The notes beneath the pieces were generated by a model. That model made no database searches, was not told the origin of the DNA, and worked only from the letters and a program-made list of their open reading frames with translations. A stretch of 64,000 nt of DNA, from IMG/VR virus record IMGVR_UViG_3300021962_000082, positions 6,475 to 70,474 of that record. One strand, written 5' to 3'. Of the stretch, positions 20,116-30,054 are shown piece by piece. Numbering within the stretch: position 1 is the stretch's first letter; every line of letters starts with the position of its first letter. The DNA is from a virus. Both the position numbers and the translations under genes were made by a program.

Positions 20116-21147
20116 ATGGCAAAATTATATATTAGTGTTCCTTCTAACAAATTAGTCACATACGAGTTAGATTACTTAGACAACGATGTGTTGTTTATAA
20201 GTGATTTTTATGAGCCAAGCAGACTAGATAGATTAATTAGTTACACACAACCAAAGTATATAATAAACGATTATTATATTCCAACAGACGGTGAGGATAA
20301 AGATAACGATTTGCCAATTTATTGTGTTCCTGCTTGTTTTGTTTTTTTTAACATAACATTTATGTCAGCTGATTTGCCCGAAATTACTGATTATAATACT
20401 TTTAATTTTATAATCAATAAAAAACGAATTCATAGAACGTTATGCATTCGACTAGTTGAAATGTTTAAATTAACTGACTACACCTATACATGGAGCGGGT
20501 TAGGACGTGAGTTAGACATGTCCAACACAATTACTGAATTAGATCACTTAGGAACAAGTAGTCCGTTAACAAAAGAGCAACGACAATTTTTATTGGCACC
20601 CATTGAAATAGAATCAAAATTTTTCGAAATGCCCGAGGGCGTAAATTCAACCGACTCGCACATTAAACACAAAGATACTACCTATACCTGGAATAATTTT
20701 TTAAAAAATATATTTGCATCAAGTGCTGTTTCTCTTATTACCGAAAGTCATGGCTATCAAAAAAAAGCAGGGTTCACAGAAAAAACATCTTATGCTATTT
20801 TAGGATTAACTTTTCCAATTTGGGTAGGCGGCTATAATCAAGCGCAGGGGTTGAAACAATTAGGATTTGATGTTTTTGAAGATATAATTGATCACAGCTA
20901 TCAATCATATCCAACACTAATAGAAAGATGTTATTATGCTATTGCAAATAACTTAGAAATTTTATCAAACAAATCACTTGCCCACGAATTGCGTACTAAA
21001 AATATCAATCGTTTAAAAGCTAATAGGGATTTATTATTAAGTAGTCGTGTTCTAGAACAATGTGTGAAAATAAGGAAAAATTGGCCCTTGGATTGTCAAA
21101 AAGTAATACCTCGATTGAAGGACCGCTTTCCAGTCAGCACAAGTTAA
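20116..21147 (+). CDS. AT-rich GT-B-like protein (paralog of 58942-60261)
   Basis: SLITES..FTEKT...P....LKQLGFDVF..IIDHSY. Confidence 0.5.
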   Translation: MAKLYISVPSNKLVTYELDYLDNDVLFISDFYEPSRLDRLISYTQPKYIINDYYIPTDGEDKDNDLPIYCVPACFVFFNITFMSADLPEITDYNTFNFIINKKRIHRTLCIRLVEMFKLTDYTYTWSGLGRELDMSNTITELDHLGTSSPLTKEQRQFLLAPIEIESKFFEMPEGVNSTDSHIKHKDTTYTWNNFLKNIFASSAVSLITESHGYQKKAGFTEKTSYAILGLTFPIWVGGYNQAQGLKQLGFDVFEDIIDHSYQSYPTLIERCYYAIANNLEILSNKSLAHELRTKNINRLKANRDLLLSSRVLEQCVKIRKNWPLDCQKVIPRLKDRFPVSTS

Positions 21148-21188
21148 CTGAATAGTACGATAAATAATAAAAAGGTCCGGGACTTATT

Positions 21189-21437
21189 ATGCAGAAGAAA
21201 ACTCGTAGTTTATTAGAAGAACTAGAAAGCATGTACATCGAGCGTGATTCTCGGCATGTAATTGAAACTCGCGCTAGTAACATTATAGCCAGTGCCATCC
21301 GCTTATTAGAACAAATTGACGCCAGCTACGAGCCCGATACGGCTAAGAATTTGCAGCGTAAGTTGATCAACGCTATTAATCTGCGTGATCCCGGCAAATT
21401 TACTCGTACTGTGAGAAAAACTGATGCAAATTCATGA
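21189..21437 (+). CDS. hypothetical late protein
   Basis: 82-aa ORF after TAAATA (21161). Confidence 0.75.
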   Translation: MQKKTRSLLEELESMYIERDSRHVIETRASNIIASAIRLLEQIDASYEPDTAKNLQRKLINAINLRDPGKFTRTVRKTDANS

Positions 21438-22266
21438 GTTAACGCAACGCCAACCTGTAAAAGAAGGTTTATTGGGTGCAGTTGGGTCGCTTGCTAAAAA
21501 TGCAATGTTTGGTAAATCCACCAGCGCGGCAGGAATTATCGATCCTAAGAAAAAGTTAGCGGCTGTTAAAGCTCAACCTGAATTAGTTAAAATGGCACAA
21601 GGCTGGGCCGATGAGTGGATTAAACAGCAAAAGACCCCGCAAACAGAAGCAGTTACAGCTCGCGGTGGTGCAACTCCAGCAGAAATCGCCAATCTTGAAA
21701 AACAAATAGCAGCACAACAAGCTGCGCTTCAAGAACCCGCACAACCACAGACAACTGCCCAGCCTGCTGCTGACCCAAAAAAGGAATATTTAAATAGTTT
21801 TTTAGCATTTGCCAATAACAAAATTGCCATGCGTGATCCAACTACCTATGAGATGATTGCCTTACAAGCAGTCGAAGACTCGGGACTTTTAAAGGACCAA
21901 CTCGAAAAGGCCGAAGGTGCAATTGGAGCTGCTCAAGGCAACGAAGCGGCAACTAAAGCAGCAGTTGTCGATTATATGCTCACCGCACTAGCTGGTGCGC
22001 AACTGTTGATCACTAACAATAAGATGAATCGAAGTAAACTATCAGTACCTGCTTATGGTAGTAAACCAGATACAGCACCAACTAGAGCCACTCAACCAGT
22101 TGACCAGGATATGAATGCTTTGTTTACCGATGTAGGGTTGCCACCGGCATTATTGGGGCAAGCTGGTAAAAAATTTCAACAACTGAGCAGGAATACTCAA
22201 TTAAGCACTACTGGTGACCGTGTTGCTGACTCATTACTAAGGTCCATGGGATATCGTATATCATGA
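21424..22266 (+). CDS. putative head-internal protein
   Basis: Ala/Gln-rich, N-terminal MQIHEL..VKEG. Confidence 0.55.
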   Translation: MQIHELTQRQPVKEGLLGAVGSLAKNAMFGKSTSAAGIIDPKKKLAAVKAQPELVKMAQGWADEWIKQQKTPQTEAVTARGGATPAEIANLEKQIAAQQAALQEPAQPQTTAQPAADPKKEYLNSFLAFANNKIAMRDPTTYEMIALQAVEDSGLLKDQLEKAEGAIGAAQGNEAATKAAVVDYMLTALAGAQLLITNNKMNRSKLSVPAYGSKPDTAPTRATQPVDQDMNALFTDVGLPPALLGQAGKKFQQLSRNTQLSTTGDRVADSLLRSMGYRIS

Positions 22267-24131
22267 TTATTAAAGAAGGCGGCAATGTTTTTAAAGACAG
22301 CTCGGGCCGCGCCCTAACGCAGCGCATTAACCAAACGGACATTCCAACGACGCTGGCTTGGTTGGATCAGATGTTGCCAGGACTTGATCTACAAAATAAC
22401 ACACTGGGATCCACAGGCAAAAAGCCTACATCCGGTGACTTAGATTTGGCTGTAGATGCCAATCAAGTGACCAAGGAGCAGTTGATTGCTCGCTTGTCAC
22501 AATGGGCTACCAGTCATGGCCTCAAGCCCGAAGAGTATATTAAGAAGTCGGGCATTTCTGTGCATTTTAAAACACCCATCGGTGGCAATGTTAACTCGGG
22601 TTATGTGCAAACTGATTTTATGTTTGTTACAAATGTGCCGTTTTCAAAGTTTATACTCAGCGCACCCTCAGACAGCAACTATCGTGGCGTTGATCGCAAT
22701 GTGCTATTGAACAGCATTGCCAAAAGCCTGGGCTATAAACTAAATCAAAACGCTGGTATTGCTGATCGTGCTACTAATCAAATCATCAGTGATGATCCTG
22801 ACAAAATTGCCAAACTGCTACTAAATCCCCGCGCCAGTCGCGACGATTTAAACAGCGTGGAAACAGTTGTAGCAGCACTTGAACGTGATCCCAAGCGGGA
22901 CGAAAAACTAAAAGACGCTCGCGAATACTTTGCTCGTGAAGGTGTGCCCTTTATGGAAAACGATCAAGCAGTATACAAAGAATACAGCGATGTGGATTTT
23001 CTATCTCGGCTTCGTGATCGTATTGTTAACCAAGGCATGCAAGTGATTGTTGAAGGCGCCAAGGATGTACGCATTGAGCACCTAGAAGACTTGGTGTTTG
23101 AAAAAGGCACTCGTGGCATTCGTGATGCAGTGGCAATTATGACGCATGCTGCTGAAAACACCCGCGGAACTACCACTGTCAAGTGGGACGGCAAACCTGC
23201 TATTGTATTTGGTCGTAAGTCCGATGGAACATTTGTGCTCACAGATAAAAGTGGTTTTGGAGCCAAGGGCTATGATGGGTTAGCAACTTCGCCCGAGCAT
23301 ATTGGTCGAATGATGGCCATGCGAAAGGGTGATCGCACTGAGTTAGTGGCTATCTATCAAAAGTTATTTCCTTTACTACGTGCTGCTACGCCGGAAAATA
23401 TGCGGGGCTACATTCAAGGTGACCTGTTGTATGTTAACCGCCCGCCAGAAGTGTCCGGTGCTTATGTGTTCAAGCCCAATTTTATTGAATACAAAATTCC
23501 CGTTAAAAGCCGTCTCGGACAGCGCATTGGCGACAGTGAAGTAGGTGTAGCTATACACACAAGATACAAAGATCCTGACAGTCCTGCTGAAGCAATTAAA
23601 CACGTTACACTTGAATCAGTTCCGGGACTCCTACTAATTGAGCCCAGCGTTAAAGAAATACAAAATGTTGAGCTTGATAACAACTTGGTCAAACAGTTGA
23701 ATCAAATTGTTTCTGCTCACGGTGCTCACATTGATGGTTTGTTTAATCCTGCTGAGCTTCGTGCTTCGGGTATTACGGATTTGCCACAACTGTGCAAACG
23801 CTATATTAACTCCCGCATCACCAGCGACTACAGCAATTTGTTAAATGGGTTTGGTGAGTGGTTGCGGTCAAATGTAACACCCCGCAAGTTTAACAATATT
23901 GTAGAATACCTGCAAAGCCCCCGTTCAAACATGGACGGTATTACAGCAGCGTTTACAGCTTTCTTGCTGCTACACGATGTTAAAACTGACATGCTGCGCC
24001 AGCTGGATGTGCAGCAACCCGGGCAAGAAGGTTGGGTGTTAGCTACCCCCGCTGGCCGTGCTAAATTAGTTAATAGATTCGGCTTTAGTGCTGGAAATCG
24101 AGCCCTAAACAACCCCGAACTGGCCGCGTAA
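22263..24131 (+). CDS. fusion of Pol-beta-like nucleotidyltransferase and RNA-ligase-like domain
   Basis: N-half LGSTGKK..SGDLD; C-half VKWDG, QGDLL, EGWV, KLVNR. Confidence 0.65.
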   Translation: MIIKEGGNVFKDSSGRALTQRINQTDIPTTLAWLDQMLPGLDLQNNTLGSTGKKPTSGDLDLAVDANQVTKEQLIARLSQWATSHGLKPEEYIKKSGISVHFKTPIGGNVNSGYVQTDFMFVTNVPFSKFILSAPSDSNYRGVDRNVLLNSIAKSLGYKLNQNAGIADRATNQIISDDPDKIAKLLLNPRASRDDLNSVETVVAALERDPKRDEKLKDAREYFAREGVPFMENDQAVYKEYSDVDFLSRLRDRIVNQGMQVIVEGAKDVRIEHLEDLVFEKGTRGIRDAVAIMTHAAENTRGTTTVKWDGKPAIVFGRKSDGTFVLTDKSGFGAKGYDGLATSPEHIGRMMAMRKGDRTELVAIYQKLFPLLRAATPENMRGYIQGDLLYVNRPPEVSGAYVFKPNFIEYKIPVKSRLGQRIGDSEVGVAIHTRYKDPDSPAEAIKHVTLESVPGLLLIEPSVKEIQNVELDNNLVKQLNQIVSAHGAHIDGLFNPAELRASGITDLPQLCKRYINSRITSDYSNLLNGFGEWLRSNVTPRKFNNIVEYLQSPRSNMDGITAAFTAFLLLHDVKTDMLRQLDVQQPGQEGWVLATPAGRAKLVNRFGFSAGNRALNNPELAA

Positions 24132-24199
24132 CGGACATTTTTTCTCCAAAAGCATAAATAAAAGTAGGTCTTCGGACCACATACTAAGGAGAATTTAAA

Positions 24200-24577
24200 A
24201 TGGCTAACATCACAACACCAACAAATGGTACATATCAACCAGTATCCAACATGGATGCTGGTACAACAGCAGCTTCCCCCGGCGCCGGCTGGCCCACACC
24301 TTTAAACAGTGTAACAAGCGCCGCTACAGTTAACTTGGCTGGTCCCAAGTTAGACTTCTTCACTATCGCTTTAGCTGGTGTAGCATCGACAGGCAGCGTA
24401 ACAAACGCTACTATGCTTGCTATTCAAACCAAAGCTACTATCGCTATGTATGAAGCTACAACTGGCGCCCCTGATACATTGGCTATCGCTGTGTATCCCA
24501 CAGGTGCTTGGACTACAGCTGATCTAAATGCTGCCACTGGTGGTACTACAACAGCTTCGGCTACATTCACAAACTAA
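24200..24577 (+). CDS. probable small virion protein
   Basis: Ala/Thr-rich; own TAAATA box, 5' UUCG hairpin, AAGGAG SD and terminator. Confidence 0.65.
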   Translation: MANITTPTNGTYQPVSNMDAGTTAASPGAGWPTPLNSVTSAATVNLAGPKLDFFTIALAGVASTGSVTNATMLAIQTKATIAMYEATTGAPDTLAIAVYPTGAWTTADLNAATGGTTTASATFTN

Positions 24578-24595
24578 TCATTAGTTTCTGATACA

Positions 24596-24623
24596 AAAAC
24601 CTCGGATTTAAACCCGAGGTTTT
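24596..24623 (+). terminator. rho-independent terminator
   Basis: AAAACCTCGG-8 nt-CCGAGGTTTT. Confidence 0.85.
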
Positions 24624-24646
24624 CTTTTGGCGTTAAATACTACACT

Positions 24647-24910
24647 ATGACGTCGAGCAATATTGCCAAGGTAACCGAGTTAACTGTATTCGAGACAGCC
24701 GACGGTGGCCGCACAATTTACTCTCGTAAACATCATAGCGAAACACGCACACTACACTACAAAGACCCCACACTACAGCGTGAGCTTGAGCAGTTGGAAA
24801 ACAAAAAAAGGTGGGGTGAAATATTTGAATCAAGGCATAACAATACAGCACTTAACGATTTGTGTAATCAAGTTGAAGTGTTGTATGAATTAAGCAAAAA
24901 ACACACATGA
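24647..24910 (+). CDS. hypothetical protein
   Basis: 87 aa, FETADGGRTIY motif; TAAATA 7 nt upstream. Confidence 0.7.
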   Translation: MTSSNIAKVTELTVFETADGGRTIYSRKHHSETRTLHYKDPTLQRELEQLENKKRWGEIFESRHNNTALNDLCNQVEVLYELSKKHT

Positions 24911-25347
24911 AGTATGCAGTACAAACGTTTTTTGACATAACAGCCACAGGTATTACTGGACACTACAAGCCGGCAAAAATACCATTTCGCGACGATAGTG
25001 GAAATATGATCCAGGATCTTGAGTCATGGACTCGTGCTCGCAATCAGCAACGAAACTGGGAAACTATAACACAAGTGCTCAGTTTAAGAACGCAATTGTT
25101 TCGCCTGCAAACGCCTATTACAGATACAAAAAATCGTGCTTGGATGTTTGAGTTTGAAACTGAAACAGAGCACATATACGGTGATGATTCAGACCCAACA
25201 CGCATATTAAAAGACGACGCCGACGGTGTGCCCATGATCACAGGATTAGACGAACAAGGTGAATTACTCCCATTATTGGTAACTTCGGGTCCCAATCAGA
25301 ACATATGGTTTACTCTAATTTCCATAAATACAGCAACGGGGATTTGA
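24907..25347 (+). CDS. hypothetical protein
   Basis: 146 aa, FDITATG and RNQQRNWET; ATGA coupling. Confidence 0.75.
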   Translation: MKYAVQTFFDITATGITGHYKPAKIPFRDDSGNMIQDLESWTRARNQQRNWETITQVLSLRTQLFRLQTPITDTKNRAWMFEFETETEHIYGDDSDPTRILKDDADGVPMITGLDEQGELLPLLVTSGPNQNIWFTLISINTATGI

Positions 25348-25348
25348 A

Positions 25349-25612
25349 ATGGCCGATGCTACTAACATTGAGAAAAAAAGTTTAGAAGCGCACGTAGAGT
25401 TGTGCGCAGAACGTTACAACGCATTAGAAGTAAGATTAGACCATGTTGATGGCAAAATTTCTAAACTTGAAACAATTATCTGCGAAGTTCGTGATTTAGT
25501 AGTAAAAATGAACGCAAAACGTAGCAGTCAAATAATCAACTGGGGATTTAGCATCATTGGTGTGCTACTCACTGTTATTGCATTTTTTATCGTACGCTAT
25601 ATTCTTCCATGA
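25349..25612 (+). CDS. coiled-coil protein with C-terminal membrane anchor
   Basis: LEAHVELCAERY coiled coil plus hydrophobic C-terminus. Confidence 0.7.
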   Translation: MADATNIEKKSLEAHVELCAERYNALEVRLDHVDGKISKLETIICEVRDLVVKMNAKRSSQIINWGFSIIGVLLTVIAFFIVRYILP

Positions 25613-26106
25613 TATCAACTAAAAAGTTTACAGAATTATTTAAAAACGAATTTGCCGCACTTGAGCCCAACAGCATTTTTAAAAATGATCAAGGCGAGTA
25701 TGAAGTGTTTGGACGTTATCGCATTATTAAAGAAAGCGATGGGTATAGAGTTTACTGTTCAGCCACTGATGTGGGGCTTTTTTACAAATCAAAAGCTGCA
25801 TTAAGCTGGTGTGTAGCCGACAAATTTGCTCAATTTAACAAAGCACGGGACATATTAAAATTAGACAATCGTTTACATTTTTTAACAGTAGATATTAATT
25901 CAAGAGCAACAATAGGAGATCGTGTAAAAACTGCTGATCAACACGAAATTATACTGACCAAGCTGGAAAGTAAATTGCTTCAGAAAAAAGAGATAGAAAA
26001 TAGGTTAGCCGATTGTGTCAACTGGGCTAAATACTACCAACAACAAGGATTCGACAATGAAACTGCAAGAATTGGCCATATTGCCACAAACAAAGCAAAT
26101 CGCTAA
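25609..26106 (+). CDS. hypothetical protein
   Basis: 165-aa ORF, ATGA coupling. Confidence 0.7.
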   Translation: MISTKKFTELFKNEFAALEPNSIFKNDQGEYEVFGRYRIIKESDGYRVYCSATDVGLFYKSKAALSWCVADKFAQFNKARDILKLDNRLHFLTVDINSRATIGDRVKTADQHEIILTKLESKLLQKKEIENRLADCVNWAKYYQQQGFDNETARIGHIATNKANR

Positions 26107-26938
26107 AGTATTTGAAAGTTACTTTGGCAAAAGTATTACCTTTGAATCAATTTCAAAGCGTCAAGCAAATGTCATGCTAGGTCGAGTTCGGGGACTGTTG
26201 AAAGAACACCGTAGAACAGCTGACTATCACGCTAGTGAGAAAAATTCTGCTTACTTAAAATTAGTAATGTTAGAACAAGTGTTGACTAAGAAAATTCGCG
26301 AAGAATTTCCGGCCACTTCCACAGGCGGCGTTAGTACTGGCTCCGCTGATGCTAAAAAGACACAAGACGGAATCAATAAGATTTCTGACCCCAAGCTCAA
26401 AACCGCTATGGATAAAAGCTCTAAAGGTCAAACACTTACTCCTGACGAAGACAAGATGGTCAAGGCCGCAGCATTACAAGCAGTTGCAGCCGAAAGTCGT
26501 CACCGCAAAGGTCGCCGTCTAAGTGAAAGTGAAGTACAACAGGCTCAAGTGATCCTGGCCAGCCAAGACATGGTTGATCAAGTTCAGAAAATGATTGAGC
26601 AAATTACTGCCTTACAGTTTAAAGACTTGCCAGCATTGGTTGATCAGATCCGCAATGAAATTGGTTACGAGCAAGCTACAAAGTTTAATGCTGATGCTAC
26701 AGCCGCTCTTGGTGGCATGGTTCAAAATCTACAAGGTTCCAAGTCACAGTTAGAAGCTGCTATGGGCACAGTAACTGGACAAGCACCTGTAGTACCTGGT
26801 GTCACTGATGTTGGTGCTGAGTTACCTGCCGAGCCTATGCCCGATGCCGGTGACGAGTTAGATTTAGATGCCGAAACCGACATTGAAGTTGACGCCGAAG
26901 AACCAGCCAAATCCAGTTTAGGTCGTGAGCGCAGATAA
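26057..26938 (+). CDS. putative prohead core/internal protein
   Basis: Start MKLQEL after TAAATA (26028) and AAGGA; helical with acidic tail. Confidence 0.6.
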   Translation: MKLQELAILPQTKQIAKVFESYFGKSITFESISKRQANVMLGRVRGLLKEHRRTADYHASEKNSAYLKLVMLEQVLTKKIREEFPATSTGGVSTGSADAKKTQDGINKISDPKLKTAMDKSSKGQTLTPDEDKMVKAAALQAVAAESRHRKGRRLSESEVQQAQVILASQDMVDQVQKMIEQITALQFKDLPALVDQIRNEIGYEQATKFNADATAALGGMVQNLQGSKSQLEAAMGTVTGQAPVVPGVTDVGAELPAEPMPDAGDELDLDAETDIEVDAEEPAKSSLGRERR

Positions 26939-27279
26939 TGCGTTTATACGAGGTTTTTGAATCGCGGCCCGACGCTCAGAAGTTAGCAGCACTGGCCACT
27001 TTTCTATCTGACCGCGCCGATGACGAAAACGCATCAAAACAAATTAGTAAACGTGCATTTATTGATCTTGCCCAAACCATGGGCGTTAATGTAACGGATC
27101 AAAATCTTTCTGACTTGGTCAGTGCCGAACCACTAAAAAATATTCTCAATCCAATTGACCCCGGCTCGGACGTGGTCAGTTTTAGAGGCGACACCGAAGC
27201 CGCTACTGGCATGAGCGTTGACCAAGCACAAGCGGTAGTCAACAGCAACGCCAAGGCCGCAATGAAACGCCGTCAATAG
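26938..27279 (+). CDS. putative head-internal protein
   Basis: MRLYEVFES N-terminus; coupled to previous gene. Confidence 0.55.
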   Translation: MRLYEVFESRPDAQKLAALATFLSDRADDENASKQISKRAFIDLAQTMGVNVTDQNLSDLVSAEPLKNILNPIDPGSDVVSFRGDTEAATGMSVDQAQAVVNSNAKAAMKRRQ

Positions 27280-27365
27280 GCTCAGTAAACAAAAACCCAA
27301 ATAAATAAACGATTAGCAATATAAAACTATTGCTAAAAAATAATTTTAAGAAAGAAACGGTTATT

Positions 27366-27578
27366 ATGGCATCAGGTAAAGTAAAATGGTTTAATGAAAC
27401 CAAAGGCTTTGGATTTATTATTCCAGACGACGGCGGGGAAGAATTATTTGCTCACTATTCAGCAATTCAATCAGAAGGTTTTAAGACACTAAAAGAAAAT
27501 CAACGTGTCACTTATGATGTCGTAAAAGGCCAAAAAGGTTTACAGGCTGCAAATATTGCAGCCGAAGGTAAAGCATAA
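27366..27578 (+). CDS. csp: cold-shock protein (CspA family)
   Basis: [15 protein letters not shown] (RNP1) and LFAHYSAI (RNP2). Confidence 0.95.
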   Translation: MASGKVKWFNETKGFGFIIPDDGGEELFAHYSAIQSEGFKTLKENQRVTYDVVKGQKGLQAANIAAEGKA

Positions 27579-27594
27579 AACAACTGCATTAAGT

Positions 27595-27939
27595 TTATTT
27601 TCTGCTTGCGTATGCGTTTGCGCCAAAAAACGCAGCAACCAAAGCAGATATTGCCACAAAGTAAGTGGGGGCAATATCGCCTATGATTTTGGCAGCATCA
27701 TCAACATCTAACCATGATGCAATCACAATGGTCACTGGATATAATAACATACCCCACAAAGCAAACCATGTCATTTTTCGCATGGCATCGCGCTGCGCAT
27801 CTTGATCTTCTAGTTCTTTTCGTTTAAATTCTAGATGTATATCCAACTCGCTTTTTGATAACCGTCTATCTCCGTTGGAATCTGCTGCGTCTAAACCAAC
27901 ATCCTTGTCAACAACTAGTTCTTTTTGTTCTGCGTCCAT
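27595..27939 (-). CDS. small two-TM membrane protein with EF-hand-like loop
   Basis: DSNGDRRLSKSE loop followed by two hydrophobic helices. Confidence 0.7.
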   Translation of the reverse strand: MDAEQKELVVDKDVGLDAADSNGDRRLSKSELDIHLEFKRKELEDQDAQRDAMRKMTWFALWGMLLYPVTIVIASWLDVDDAAKIIGDIAPTYFVAISALVAAFFGANAYASRK

Positions 27940-28005
27940 GATAGACCTTTCTACATATAGTTTGTGTATTTAATCTATAGATAAGTATTAGTATAGGGGT
28001 ATATT

Positions 28006-28392
28006 ATGTTTGGACCAATAACAATACCACAAAATGCAGTAATGCTATTCAACGAAGTGCACCTCAAACCGGGTGTAACTGTTGATGACGTTGAAGAAGC
28101 ATTAGCAGAAATGTGCAATGTAGTTAAAGAAAACTACACAGCGTTCGTTGCTGGACAAGTGTTTGAGTTTGCTGGATTTATTTCCGATGAAGGCAGCATT
28201 GGCGGGCAATCACCACAAGGGTTTACAAATGATAGCGTTAGAATTGCCATTGTCACTTACTGGGCAAGTTTTGATGAGCATGAAAAAAGCCATGCTGATG
28301 CGTTATTTAGAAGTAAGTTTGATAAACTGCTAGAGTTTAGCAGTGGATCAGTAGAGTATGGTTACAAAAATTTATGGCAAGGACAGAGGTAA
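28006..28392 (+). CDS. dimeric alpha/beta-barrel (ABM-like) protein
   Basis: V.LKPGV, IVTYW.SF..HE.SH pattern. Confidence 0.55.
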   Translation: MFGPITIPQNAVMLFNEVHLKPGVTVDDVEEALAEMCNVVKENYTAFVAGQVFEFAGFISDEGSIGGQSPQGFTNDSVRIAIVTYWASFDEHEKSHADALFRSKFDKLLEFSSGSVEYGYKNLWQGQR

Positions 28393-28395
28393 AAT

Positions 28396-28776
28396 ATGGC
28401 TTATTCACCACAGTTAATTGATCATTATGAAAATCCACGCAATGTGGGATCATTTGATAAAAATGATCCAAGTGTTGGAACAGGGCTCACCGGAAGTCCG
28501 GCGTGCGGAGATGTAATGAAGCTTCAAATTAAGGTAGATGAAAATGGTATTATTAGAGATGCTCGTTTCAAAACATATGGCTGCGGTTCAGCAATTGCCA
28601 GCTCGTCGTTGGTCACTGAAATGGTTAAAGGAATGCATATTGATCGAGCTCAAACTATTCGTAATAGCCAAATTGCTGAAGAATTAGCACTACCGCCAGT
28701 TAAGATACATTGTTCAATTTTGGCCGAGGATTCAATTAAAGCGGCTGTTGCTGATTACAAGCAAAAGCACCAATGA
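28396..28776 (+). CDS. iscU: Fe-S cluster scaffold IscU
   Basis: DHYENPRNVG, PACGD, GCGSA, LPPVKIHCS. Confidence 0.95.
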   Translation: MAYSPQLIDHYENPRNVGSFDKNDPSVGTGLTGSPACGDVMKLQIKVDENGIIRDARFKTYGCGSAIASSSLVTEMVKGMHIDRAQTIRNSQIAEELALPPVKIHCSILAEDSIKAAVADYKQKHQ

Positions 28777-28788
28777 CCATATTTTACA

Positions 28789-29631
28789 TTATTCAATGAT
28801 ACTTTTTAACTCTATGGTGTTTGTTGGGAAATCATTTACTCCGTAACACCTTAGTTGTTTATTATTTTTTCTTATTTTGTATTGCAGCAAGGCTTCGCCG
28901 TAAAGCGATAGTTTGTTCCATTCTAAAAATTCATTATTGTTTAAGTGCTCCATGATATTGTTGGCAAGATCAATTTCATTTAAAACATATGTTTGTTTGT
29001 TGGCCCAAATATCATAAAAACTTTTTATGTTATTGTTGTTAAAAGTTAAATTTAAAAAATCAAAGATTTTAATTAACGTATCTTCTAAATAATACAAAAC
29101 ATCGTCAAATGAAATTGTTAACCATTCAGTGGGAATATTTTCATTTGGAAAAATATTTTTTTGCCATTGTGCTAAATGATAGCTTATCATTTCTCTTTTT
29201 TGCCATACTTCAAGCTCGCTAGTAGAACTAACATTATAAAACCTTAATTTTGATTTATATACAATTGGTAATATTTTATCACCGGCTCTATATAGTTGAA
29301 ACATTGTACATTTTTCAGCTTCGACTAAATTTCCTAAAACAATCAAAACTGTTTTTGAATGGCTTGGGAACTTCTGTTTATATGTAAGAACAGTTTCAAC
29401 TGCTGGTTTGTTATTAAAATCTGGATAAATCAATGAAGCAACAGTATATTCGGGGCGGTAATCATTGAAATTGCCTGTATGAAACTCTTTTTTAAAAGCA
29501 TGCATTGCACCATCACTGGTAAAAGAATTTTCAACAATAAGTGAATCGTCAAAATGCTCGTTACTGAAATAACGTATGCAGAACTCTAAGGTGCTGCCAA
29601 ATGCACCAGGAGGAAATAGTATGTTTATCAT
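28789..29631 (-). CDS. AT-rich P-loop/sulfotransferase-like hypothetical protein
   Basis: ILFPPGAFGSTL at N-terminus; probable start MINIL. Confidence 0.5.
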   Translation of the reverse strand: MINILFPPGAFGSTLEFCIRYFSNEHFDDSLIVENSFTSDGAMHAFKKEFHTGNFNDYRPEYTVASLIYPDFNNKPAVETVLTYKQKFPSHSKTVLIVLGNLVEAEKCTMFQLYRAGDKILPIVYKSKLRFYNVSSTSELEVWQKREMISYHLAQWQKNIFPNENIPTEWLTISFDDVLYYLEDTLIKIFDFLNLTFNNNNIKSFYDIWANKQTYVLNEIDLANNIMEHLNNNEFLEWNKLSLYGEALLQYKIRKNNKQLRCYGVNDFPTNTIELKSIIE

Positions 29632-29690
29632 TACAGTTGATAAGGCTAAGTACACGTAGTTATAAGTTTTTAACGTTCCAAAATTATTTA

Positions 29691-30017
29691 ATGATCACAG
29701 TTACCGAATTAGCTTCCCGAAAAATTACGGGATTACTCAAAAAACGGGGTAAAGGTGCGGGCATTCGTATAGGTGTCAAAACAACCGGTTGCTCTGGACT
29801 AGCTTATGTGTTAGAATACATAGATGAAATCACAGCCGACGCTGGTACTATAGCATATCCACAAAAAGATTTTGTGGTTGTTGTTGATAAAAAATCAGAA
29901 GTGTATCTTGACAACATGACTATAGACTGGACTCGTAGCGGGCTCAACGAAGGATTTGAGTTTAAGAATCCCAATGAGCGTGACCGCTGCGGTTGTGGTG
30001 AGAGCTTTAGAGTTTAA
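29691..30017 (+). CDS. iscA: Fe-S assembly A-type carrier IscA
   Basis: GCSGLAY and NPN...CGCGESF. Confidence 0.92.
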   Translation: MITVTELASRKITGLLKKRGKGAGIRIGVKTTGCSGLAYVLEYIDEITADAGTIAYPQKDFVVVVDKKSEVYLDNMTIDWTRSGLNEGFEFKNPNERDRCGCGESFRV

Positions 30018-30054
30018 CATTAAAATTATGTCTATAAAAGTAAGGTAAATTATT

